A stretch of 63,992 bases of DNA, the filler included, from an uncultured bacterium (GTDB lineage: Bacteria; Hinthialibacterota; Hinthialibacteria; Hinthialibacterales; Hinthialibacteraceae): NCBI GenBank assembly GCA_964449065.1. It is 10 parts of 10 records of this genome, joined end to end, with 100 filler letters (N's around TTAATTAATTAA, not from the genome) between each part and the next. Parts side by side here need not be neighbours in the genome. Positions count along the whole stretch, not along the records: positions 20,339 to 26,988 come from CAYVAZ010000296.1; positions 27,089 to 33,735 come from CAYVAZ010000297.1; 8 more parts are not named here. One strand, written 5' to 3'. Under the pieces are notes generated by a model. That model was not told the origin of the DNA and searched no databases. It saw nothing but the letters and a program-made list of their open reading frames with translations. Positions 21,132-30,500 of the stretch are shown piece by piece. The position numbers and the translations under genes were made by a program. Each line of letters opens with the position of its first letter. Within the stretch, counting starts at the first letter, position 1.

Positions 21132-22064
21132 TTGCCCATAATACGTTTTAACCCCGCCGAACCGCTCTTTAAATTGTTCGATGCCTTTGATTCCCGCGCT
21201 GGCACCAAAATTGATCAAACCATATCCGCGCTCACATGCGTCTTGAATCACTTCGCTCATCATCAATTTGGGCGCGTTCAGTTGATCATAATCCGCTTGC
21301 TTCGCGCCCGTAAAATATTGCACTTCCCGTTTCCCATAAAGCATTACATCAAAGGCGATAATTTGCCCTTCGTATTCCGCAATCCAAACCCGAATTTCTT
21401 CTCCCGGTTTATCAGCCAATGCATTATAAAAGTTCAAGGGAACAGCCAATTCGCCGCCCCAACGCTCTTGCGCTTTTTGATAGATGTTTTGACAAGTTTC
21501 AACCGTTTTCCGGTCGTTAGCCCACCGAACCGAAACCCCATCATGCGCGGATTTGCGAATGGCCGTGCGCAGCCGCGACTGAAACCGCTGCTGTTCAATA
21601 TCCTCATACGGTTGATTTAAATGAAGAATATGTGTGTAGAGTTGACGGATCGATAGGCTTCCTGAGTTTTGCCGGTCTATTCTCCCATAAAACGAGGGAT
21701 GAAGTGTAAAACTTACGATGGGTTGTTTCCATGAAATTGGGTGTTTGCTCAAGACTTGAAGATGTTCTATAGAAACCCCTTCCCCAACCGGATTGCCATA
21801 CGTTCCCCACGGCAGCGCTTCATATTTATGAAACCCAAACCTCTTTGGAACAGCAAATCCCGGCATGATACATTCCACACCATCGTCAAACTGCACGTAA
21901 TGATGAAGCGGGTGAATATTCGGCAATGTTTCTTGCAATAGCCGGCACCAAGATGGCGTATGAAAATACGAATGCACCGGCAAAGTATCCACGATTGATT
22001 GCCAAACCGCAAATGGCTTTTCATCGGGGATGGCATGAATTGTTTGAATGGTAGGTAATGACAT
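21081..22064 (-). CDS. GNAT/FemAB-like acetyltransferase (polysaccharide-associated)
   Basis: YFHTPSW, LPWGTYG, RTAIRKS..GV, INFGAS..GIEQFKERFGG. Confidence 0.85.
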   Translation of the reverse strand: MSLPTIQTIHAIPDEKPFAVWQSIVDTLPVHSYFHTPSWCRLLQETLPNIHPLHHYVQFDDGVECIMPGFAVPKRFGFHKYEALPWGTYGNPVGEGVSIEHLQVLSKHPISWKQPIVSFTLHPSFYGRIDRQNSGSLSIRQLYTHILHLNQPYEDIEQQRFQSRLRTAIRKSAHDGVSVRWANDRKTVETCQNIYQKAQERWGGELAVPLNFYNALADKPGEEIRVWIAEYEGQIIAFDVMLYGKREVQYFTGAKQADYDQLNAPKLMMSEVIQDACERGYGLINFGASAGIKGIEQFKERFGGVKTYYGQLTDCHFAFRVFRMPGG

Positions 22065-22084
22065 AACTTCCCGCTCTATTCACA

Positions 22085-23659
22085 CTAGTGTATCGCGATT
22101 ACACGTATATCCCCAAACTGCTTTACCGAGGATTTATCGTCCAAAAGCGAATAGGCCGTAGGTATGATACTGAGTTTGATGTGAAACCGTTTGCATACCG
22201 ATTGAATGGTTTGAATCTGATCGTTGGGGATGTTGGTAGTGACAAACACAACCTCATCTATCTTTCTGGCGGGAAGCAGCCGTTCTAAATCGTTTACCGT
22301 CCCCAGATATGGAATGGATTGAGAGCGGGTTTGGTTGTCCGGTGTAGATACATATCCTGCCAGATACAATCCCCATTCGGGATGCTGTTGGATCGACGCA
22401 ATTAGGGCTTCACAAAGAGTCTCGTCTCCCACCAAAATAACCCGGTCTATGCTGATGCCCTTGCGGTGCAGCCAGCGCTCCAACTGCCGGAACAAAAGTC
22501 TCCAACTCAGGATTCCCAACCCCAACAATATACCGAACACGCCAAATACACCGCGGGAGAATCCGGCAATATCAGCAAACAAATTTTTAAACACAAATTG
22601 AAATCCGGTAATAATCAATACCGCCAGCACCGCGGCCTTGATACACTGCATGCTCAACCGGTATGAGCTGATGTACGGATTTCGCCGGTACAGTTTGGAA
22701 AAATAGTTGGCAGGCAAACACAGCAGCGGAATATAATAGAATAACTCACCATACGCTTTGGTATCCAATATCGGCATGTCCGGATAGGGATCCTGTTCCG
22801 GCAGCAACAGGCGGAAATAGAACCAGTATGAAAGCATATACAAAATCATCGCCAACACGGCATCTACAACCGCGAGCAAAGCAGGGCGCATCCACCGTGC
22901 CATCCGTTTTTGATGCGCGTAAGACAGCCGGTCAATCATCAACAAAAAATACACCGGCGCTCCGCCAAATACCCGTTTGCCAACGGTGACGGGACGCTGC
23001 AGCATGCGGTACACCCATTCAAAGCCTAACTTCTGCATCCAAACCGGAGCGCGTTTCTCCCGCCCGGTGATAAAGTTGAATGTGCCGCCTACTCCAAAAC
23101 TCACTGGAACCTTCATCACATTCTTACGCCGCCGAATCCATTTTTCCTGCCGGGGTGAGGCCAGCGCTGTAAACAAAATATCCGCGCCGGAATCACGAAT
23201 CATTTCTATTACTTTATTTTCTTCGGTTTCGGATTGTTCAAACCGGTATGGCGGGCTGTAGGTACCGGCCACTTTTAATTGTGGATACTGTTTTTGCATG
23301 ATGCGGGCCACTTCATCCGCGACGCCTTCATCTCCACCCAAAAAGAATACCGAATAGCCTTTTTGGGAAGCCATTTCGCATATTTTCGGTAGCAAATCGG
23401 AACCGGTGACCCGTTCTTTAAGAGGGGTTTTGTGAAGCCAGGCCGCTAATGTTACAGATACACCATCTGCCACAACCAAAGCGGCTTCATTGACCACCAG
23501 ATTAAATTCGGGATCACGGCGGGTTTGGATAATCTGATCGATGGCGGGAGATACAATCTGCCGCGGCGTGCGGTCAGCAACCATTTCATCAATGCGCCGC
23601 AGAACCTCATCATAGGTCATATTATCAAATTGCACGCCCAGCAATTCTATGCGGTTCAT
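22085..23659 (-). CDS. WecG/TagA glycosyltransferase fused to the TM + Rossmann-like N-terminal part of WcaJ/WbaP-type PGTs
   Basis: ADGV, ERVTGSDL, ASPRQEKWI, GVGGTF, RAPVWMQKLGFEWVYR; then TMs, SRGVF, RVILVG, YLG, IDEVV. Confidence 0.85.
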   Translation of the reverse strand: MNRIELLGVQFDNMTYDEVLRRIDEMVADRTPRQIVSPAIDQIIQTRRDPEFNLVVNEAALVVADGVSVTLAAWLHKTPLKERVTGSDLLPKICEMASQKGYSVFFLGGDEGVADEVARIMQKQYPQLKVAGTYSPPYRFEQSETEENKVIEMIRDSGADILFTALASPRQEKWIRRRKNVMKVPVSFGVGGTFNFITGREKRAPVWMQKLGFEWVYRMLQRPVTVGKRVFGGAPVYFLLMIDRLSYAHQKRMARWMRPALLAVVDAVLAMILYMLSYWFYFRLLLPEQDPYPDMPILDTKAYGELFYYIPLLCLPANYFSKLYRRNPYISSYRLSMQCIKAAVLAVLIITGFQFVFKNLFADIAGFSRGVFGVFGILLGLGILSWRLLFRQLERWLHRKGISIDRVILVGDETLCEALIASIQQHPEWGLYLAGYVSTPDNQTRSQSIPYLGTVNDLERLLPARKIDEVVFVTTNIPNDQIQTIQSVCKRFHIKLSIIPTAYSLLDDKSSVKQFGDIRVIAIH

Positions 23660-24102
23660 TCTGGATTACTTTTCTTAAAGATCTCAAAGAATATATACCC
23701 TATCTTAAACCTCTGTTCGTTTTCATAAAGTATACGCTAAAAAATTTAGTGAGGTCATCTATTCTGAATTCAACTATACGCGCAAATTACGTTTGGTTTT
23801 TTAAGTTCTTTCCCCCCCTCTAACCCACCCCAGTCTTGGAGGAAATTTCTCTGGCAGGCACCGTTTTGAGTATGCCGATTTCAAACGAATGAAATCTGTA
23901 TTTTTTTATGATATAATGTTGATATTGTGAATATAATTTGATACAATTTGAAAGTTTAAGAAATCTGTTTATACCAATTTTATTTAGGATTGTAGAGAAC
24001 GAAAAACGATCGGTCTTTTTTTACTGAAGGTTATCGCCGCGCTTCCTCTAAAATTCAAAATGTAACCGGTATAATTAAACCCCAAATTCAGGAGGTAAGT
24101 AG

Positions 24103-25161
24103 ATGGATTTCAGCAAGATTTTATGCAGCACGCTCGCTTTATGTTTTTCGGTAGTTGTGTCGAATGACTCCTCCGCCCGTCCGTTCCGCCCCGGCCAAAT
24201 GCCTAACGGAAATGTATTTAACTGTGCCACATGCCATATCAGCGAATTCGGCGGCGGCCCCCGCAACCCTTTTGGTCAAGATGTGTTTCCCCGCGTCAAT
24301 CCCGGACAGCCTACGGTATTTTGGGGACCCGAACTCGCCATGATCGATTCCGATGGCGATGGATTTACTAACGGTGAAGAACTTCTTGATCCAGAAGGGA
24401 CATGGCAGCAAGGCGATCCGCAGCCGGGTGATCCCAGTCTTGTTACCCATCCGGGCGATCCGGATTCCAAACCGGCGCAAGTCATTGAACCGGCTGAACT
24501 CCCGTTTATGGAAGATTTTGAAAGCGCCGCGTTGGGTGAAAGCATAGAAGAAGAAGTCAGCGCCACAGGTGTCTGGACCAATCAAACATTTAACGGTTGG
24601 AGCGTAGACAACAGTGGTGTTGTGGGAGCCGACCAAGGTTTGGGTGTAGACGAGTGGATTGGCTGGACATTTGCTGATAAAAACTGGTGGGCGGATACTG
24701 CCGGAGATCAGCAGCGGACACTATTTACCAATGCATCCGGCGTTGTCGCGGTTGCCGACCCAGATGAATGGGACGACATCGATTCACCTGGAAGCCAAGG
24801 GACGTATACGTCTTTCCTCAGCACCCCGCCGATCAACGTGTCTGGTGCCGCACCGGAATCCATCCTTTTAACCTTTGATTCCAGCTGGAGAGACGAAGAT
24901 ACCCAAGCCGCAAATATTACGGTTACCTTTGATAGTGATTTCCCGGAAGAAATTTTATTTTGGTCTTCCGACCCCAATGACCCCGCCTTTCATGATGATG
25001 CGCCGAATGAAACCGTAAATATAGAAATCAACAATCCGGCAGGAGCATCCGAAATGGTCATTACCTTTGGCATGCTCGATGCAACCAACGACTGGTGGTG
25101 GGCCATCGACAATGTTCAAGTCACCGAAAGTACCAAAATCGGAACATGGGAACTCTATTAA
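24103..25161 (+). CDS. Secreted protein: CxxCH temptin-like domain + acidic Trp-rich beta-sandwich + C-terminal W-motif
   Basis: AGGAGG SD; signal peptide; CATCH; RNPFGQD; DSDGDGFTNGEEL; NDWWWAIDN; ends IGTWELY. Confidence 0.8.
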   Translation: MDFSKILCSTLALCFSVVVSNDSSARPFRPGQMPNGNVFNCATCHISEFGGGPRNPFGQDVFPRVNPGQPTVFWGPELAMIDSDGDGFTNGEELLDPEGTWQQGDPQPGDPSLVTHPGDPDSKPAQVIEPAELPFMEDFESAALGESIEEEVSATGVWTNQTFNGWSVDNSGVVGADQGLGVDEWIGWTFADKNWWADTAGDQQRTLFTNASGVVAVADPDEWDDIDSPGSQGTYTSFLSTPPINVSGAAPESILLTFDSSWRDEDTQAANITVTFDSDFPEEILFWSSDPNDPAFHDDAPNETVNIEINNPAGASEMVITFGMLDATNDWWWAIDNVQVTESTKIGTWELY

Positions 25162-25186
25162 ATTCACCTGTAAACATTATCCACTC

Positions 25187-25218
25187 AAAGAGCCTTCATT
25201 TTTATGAAGGCTCTTTTT
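25187..25218 (+). terminator. Intrinsic terminator
   Basis: AAAGAGCCTTCAT-TTTT-ATGAAGGCTCTTTTT. Confidence 0.8.
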
Positions 25219-25314
25219 CTTTTCTCTCATGACTCTCCTCATAACCGAAACTTTCGAATATGATTCTGATTGGTATTAAATAAGTTTATTCATTGTGTTT
25301 TTTGGGAGGGTTGT

Positions 25315-26730
25315 ATGTCGGAACCGGTGAAATTTTTTCAGCAGGTCAATAACTATTTTGATAAAGCCGCGCCCTATACGGATTACCATCCGGGTCTTCT
25401 CGATCAACTCAAAAATTGCAACAGCGTTTATCACATGACGTTTCCGTTGAAGAAAGATGATGGGACGATCGAAGTCATCCACGCATGGCGGGCGGAACAC
25501 AGCCACCACCGCTTTCCAACCAAAGGCGGAATCCGCTATGCCGCGAACGTGCATGAAGATGAGGTCACCGCGTTGGCGGCATTGATGAGTTACAAATGCG
25601 CTGTTGTGGAAGTTCCGTTTGGCGGTGCCAAAGGCGGCGTGCAGATCGCGCGCTATAAATACAGTGACGCGGAAATTGAGCGCATTACCCGCCGCTATAC
25701 CAGTGAACTGATTGCCAAAAACTTCATCGGTCCCGGCTTGGATGTCCCCGCGCCCGATTACGGCACCGGCCCGCAAGAAATGGCATGGATTTCTCACACC
25801 TACGGCAAACTTACCAGCGACCAACTCTCGGCAACCGCTTGTGTTACGGGAAAACCCATCGCCCACGGAGGGGTACGCGGCCGCACCGAAGCCACCGGAC
25901 GGGGAGTATTCTTCGGCATTCGGCAAGCCTGTGAACACAAAGAGGATATGGAACTGCTGGGGTTGCAGCCCGGTTTGGGAGGCAAAACGGTCGCCGTGCA
26001 GGGGCTGGGCAATGTGGGGTATCACGCGGCCAAGTTTCTTGCGGAAGGCGGGGCCAAAGTGACCTGCGTGACCGAATACGAGGGCGCCATCTACAACCCA
26101 AAAGGCTTGGATATCGATGCCCTGTATGAATACCGGCGGGAACACGAATCGCTATTGGGCTTTCCCGGATCAACCAAACTGAATTCGCGCGAAGAGGGGC
26201 TAGAAATCGAATGCGATATACTGATTCCCGCCGCGCTGGAAAACGTGATTACGCCCGATAACGCCGGCCGCATCAAAGCAAAAATTATCGCCGAAGCCGC
26301 CAATGGCCCGGTCACTTCAGAAGCCAACGATATGCTGGTCCGCAATGGAAAAATGATTATTCCGGATTTATACCTCAACGCGGGCGGGGTGACGGTCTCA
26401 TATTTTGAGTGGATTAAAAATCTTTCGCACATGCGGTTTGGCAGATTGGACAAACGCCATGAACAAGCAGCTCATACCAAGGCCATAGAAATTATGGAAC
26501 AACTCACCGGGAAAAAAGTGGATCGCCACTATTATGAGCAATACACCAAAGGCGCGGATGAGGAAGATTTGGTGAATTCTGGGCTGGAGGAAACGATGGT
26601 CACCGCCTACGAGCGCATTCGCCAAACCCAAAAGAAGCACGACGGTAAAATTGATCTGCGCACCGCCGCCTTTGTCGAAGCCATCAACAAAATCGCTGTC
26701 TTCTACCTCGACATGGGCATCTTCCCTTAA
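25315..26730 (+). CDS. gdhA: Glutamate dehydrogenase
   Basis: PTKGGIRY, PFGGAKGG, DVPAPD, GRTEATG.G, QGLGNVG, EAANGP, NAGGVTVSYFEW; GGAGG SD. Confidence 0.95.
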   Translation: MSEPVKFFQQVNNYFDKAAPYTDYHPGLLDQLKNCNSVYHMTFPLKKDDGTIEVIHAWRAEHSHHRFPTKGGIRYAANVHEDEVTALAALMSYKCAVVEVPFGGAKGGVQIARYKYSDAEIERITRRYTSELIAKNFIGPGLDVPAPDYGTGPQEMAWISHTYGKLTSDQLSATACVTGKPIAHGGVRGRTEATGRGVFFGIRQACEHKEDMELLGLQPGLGGKTVAVQGLGNVGYHAAKFLAEGGAKVTCVTEYEGAIYNPKGLDIDALYEYRREHESLLGFPGSTKLNSREEGLEIECDILIPAALENVITPDNAGRIKAKIIAEAANGPVTSEANDMLVRNGKMIIPDLYLNAGGVTVSYFEWIKNLSHMRFGRLDKRHEQAAHTKAIEIMEQLTGKKVDRHYYEQYTKGADEEDLVNSGLEETMVTAYERIRQTQKKHDGKIDLRTAAFVEAINKIAVFYLDMGIFP

Positions 26731-26816
26731 CTGGCGAGTCGCCGGAGACACTTTCGCACGATGAAAATACTGCGAAGGGTGAAGGCCCGGCATTCCTTTC
26801 GCTTGCCTTCGGGCGC

Positions 26817-26988
26817 TAGAGCAATTCAGGTTTGCGCAAAGGTACAACGGTACATCCATGTACCGGCTGGAAGCCGATGCTGCCCGGCTATTCAACTCTG
26901 AAACGCTCTAGTACTGTGTCAACGTTTTATTGAGGGGTATCGACCCCCCCTAGCCCCCCTTAACAAGGGGGGAAACAACGGATAACCA
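26817..26988. mobile_element. MITE copy 2 (26817-26910) abutting a CTAGTACTGTGTCAACG end and a C6/G6 hairpin
   Basis: TAGAGCAATTCAGGTTTGCGCA...CTATTCAACTCTGAAACGCTCTA; the following motifs recur at 43789-43805 and about 44075-44110. Confidence 0.78.
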
Positions 26989-27088
26989 NNNNNNNNNNNN
27001 NNNNNNNNNNNNNNNNNNNNNNNNNNNNNNNNTTAATTAATTAANNNNNNNNNNNNNNNNNNNNNNNNNNNNNNNNNNNNNNNNNNNN

Positions 27089-27460
27089 GTAGCCCACCAG
27101 TCATACCGAAAGCGGACATTCCATATTTCTTTTGGTATTATTTGTTCAGAAGAAAAAAACTCATAATACGATTTTAATAAAATCGTGATGCATCCACTAT
27201 TCCTCTCTAGCGCGTTTCAGAGTTGAATAGCCGGGGAGCACCGGCTTCCAGCCGGTAGATGTATGTACACGTTACACCTCTGCGCAAACCTGAATTGCTC
27301 TAATATTTTGAGTGAAGTTAGAGTGGTTGCCAAATCTATTTTCGTTTTGGGAGGGCGAGGCTCCCGCCGAGCCGGAAGTATCGTTCGTTTTAATCAGAAC
27401 GTATTTTTACAACCGCTATAAAGGGGATGCCGCAGGGGCACATTGCAATGTGCCCCTACC
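27089..27460. repeat. Repeat cluster: ATACCA-type repeat, MITE copy 3 (27208-27302), GGGAGGGCGAGGCTCCCGCCGAGCC and G(C/T)AGGGGC...GCCCCTAC REPs
   Basis: Direct comparison with 9501-9550, 26817-26910 (inverted), about 43820-43846 (inverted) and 47133-47140. Confidence 0.78.
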
Positions 27461-27504
27461 ACGAATGCGAAATCAATTCTCCCTCTATCCAATTCTAAAA
27501 CACA

Positions 27505-30500
27505 TTAGTTTGAAAGATCATCAAACACCTTCACATTGTGCAGGATGACCTGTTCTTCGTCGTCTCCGGCAATTTGCACTGCCGCGAACATTTCGCCCAG
27601 ACCCTCCGTAGTGTTGAGGCCGTTGAGGCGTATGGTATGCAGCTCTTCTTCCGGTAGGATGAACAGCGGGATATTGAACTGCGTGGAACTGGGGCCGTTG
27701 GTTAATACGACGGTGAAGGTTCCCGTATCGCCCCGAATTTTTTCCACATCCATCTCTATGGCGGTTCGGCTGGGAATATGGCCTTGCGTGAATGGGGCCA
27801 CGAATTGAGTCAACTGCTGATTTTCGGTTTTGTTCATCATCAGCGTATTGCCTTGTTTGATGGCGATTCCCGTATTGTCTTGCGCGAACAAGTTGGCTTG
27901 CCAATCGACTTCCAATTCATTTGCGAAAGAAAAGCCGGGCTGCAAATCGATTTCAAAATTGTCGAGTAAGACCGAGGCGGCGGATTGTCCACTGTTGACC
28001 AGGATGATAAACGGGGTAATACGCGAAGCGTTGCCCAGCCCGGCCATTTTGGCTTGATGCCAGGTTCCCGGAGTGAATTCAGGCGAGCCTTTCAGAGTGA
28101 ACATGTTGGAGCCGCCGCTGTTGTTGATCTCAACAAAGCCGCCCACGGCTACTTGCACGTTCGCGCTGGACGCGTTGAACCAGGCGCGAACTTCCACCGG
28201 TTCGGATGAGACATCGATTGCCGGCGCGTTGATGGTCACAAACACACCCGGCGGGACGCTAACGCTCAGCCCGACTCCATTGGTGGCTTGAGGCTGATCC
28301 TCATCCTCCGGCATATCGAAATCGATTCCGGCGCCGGTGTCCACCGGATTGACGGAGAAGTCTAACGTATCCAGTGACTGATCAATCGAGTTGAACGGGT
28401 AGCGAATCACGGTAACCGGAGTAGGGGTGACCGTGGGGGTATTGGTCGGCGGCGGTGTGTTGGTTGCCGTTGGAGATGGCGTGGGAGTGTCATCCAGCGC
28501 CGTTGGTGTTGCTGTTGGCGTTACGTTTGGTTCAGATGGTGTTGGCGTGTTTGCCGGTGGGTTCGTTGCCGTATTCGTAGGTGAAGGCTCTACCACCGTT
28601 GGTGTTGGTGAAGGCTGGGCTGGGTCTTGAGTCGGTGTCGGGGATGGATTCGGCAATGGTGCGGACGTGAAAGTTGCCGTTGGAGTATGGGTGGCAGTGA
28701 ACGTTGGCGTGATGGTTGCTGTATTTGTTGGTGTGTTGGTAATGGTAAAGGTCGGCGTAAACGTCGGAGTAACGGTTGCCGTTGGTGTATGAGTTGCCGT
28801 GTTGGTTGGCGTCGGTGTGGGCAGCACATTGTCTACTATATTAACGCGCACGGTGACGGTTGGGTTGTCTATGTCATCGGAGGATATGACGATATCGCGT
28901 GTGCTGTTGCCTTCGGGCGCTTGGTCGAAGTTGACAGAGACGGATATTTTCTTGCTGTCATCCGGTGCGATTGGTGCGGATTCGTTCGGGACGGCTGAAA
29001 TCCAGGGGCCGTTTTCGATGGTCATGCTGCTGACGGTTAAGCCGCCGGTGCCGTCGTTGAAGATATCAAACGCGCCGGTGGAATCGGTTTGCTGGAAGGC
29101 TTCACTAACCAACGAAAACTCAACCGGCCCTTCAGGGATTGTTCTTCCGTGAACTTCAATCGTCCACAATCCGGCCTCGGGATTGGTGACCACGGTTTGC
29201 TCGACGTTATCCACGGTGTTGGTTCCGGTAATGGCGGAACTGTTGGGATTGTTGGCGTTTAATACCCACGGTGAGAACGTGTTGCCGGATGGCGATTTCA
29301 GCACCAAATCCAAATCGTTGACCAAGGCTTTAGATGCGGAAGCGGTCCCGGCTACATCGAGCCAAACAAGAGTGGCTTTTAATTCCGTTTCATTTTCACC
29401 AACGGAGATCGAGAAAGGGATAAAGGTATCGGCGGAGATGCTGCCGTTGCGGTATAAGGTATCCGTAATTAATCCGGCGGAAGCGACGGAATCGATGAGT
29501 CCCCAGCCGAAGGTATAGTCAGGGCCGGGATTGCCTAAATCGCGGGCTCCATGAACCAGTAGGGCTTTCATCAATTGAGAAGATGGTTCCAAATCGGTTA
29601 GCTGCATGAAGTATTGGTACAAAAGGGTTGCGGCCCCGCACGCGCTGGGTGTGGCCATCGAGGTACCGGAAAACTGCCCATATTGATTGCCCGGTAATGT
29701 GGATAGCAAAGAGACTCCGTTGGCGGTGAGGTCGGGTTTTACGCGGCCGTCATCGGCGGGGCCTTTGCTGCTGAAACTGGCGATGCCGTCGTTATCTTTG
29801 GAGGCGGCGATGGTGATGATATTTTTGGGCACACCCATCGGGCCAATGGTATCAAACGGACGGAAATTGCCGTCATTGCCGGCGGCTTTAAAGACGATGA
29901 GGCCGGTGTCGTAGACCACTTCATCCCACGGGATGCTGTAGATGTTGTAGGTACCATAGAGTTGTGGTGCGGAATCCAGTACCAGCCCGTAGGAGTGGTT
30001 GGAGAGGCGAATGCCTTCATTGAACGCGCTGCGCATTTCGGTATCGTCGTTGTTCCAATCGTAGGCATGAATGAATGCACTGGATGCCATGCCTTCCGCC
30101 TGGCCGAAGCCCGCGCCGGACCCGGCAATCGTGCCGGATACATGAGTGGCATGATTATCATTCGTCGCGCGGGGAAACGTTTCTTTATTCGTTAGCCGTG
30201 AGCCGAAATCGGAGTGGGAGGAGACAGACCCCGCATCCCACACACCGACCGTGATGCCTTTCCCGGTAAGGTCAAAGGGGATTTCTTGCAGGTCGTTCAC
30301 ACGGATACGTTCTTGGGCCGTCAGGTTGTTGGCCTGGTATTCGGGTTTGTCGGGTTCCACCCACTCAACGGCATCCAGTTGTGCGAGTAACGAAACGTTT
30401 GATAAGCCGATCTCAACGCGGACGACATGCGGGTGTGGAGTATCAATAATGCTGCCGCCTAGTGCTGTGATACCGCCTTCAACATCATTGAGTTCCATAT

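Noticed and set aside
27312..27548. Small ORFs sharing WEGEAPAEP (also 43800-43985)
   Set aside because: Translations of the same REP palindrome, not a protein family
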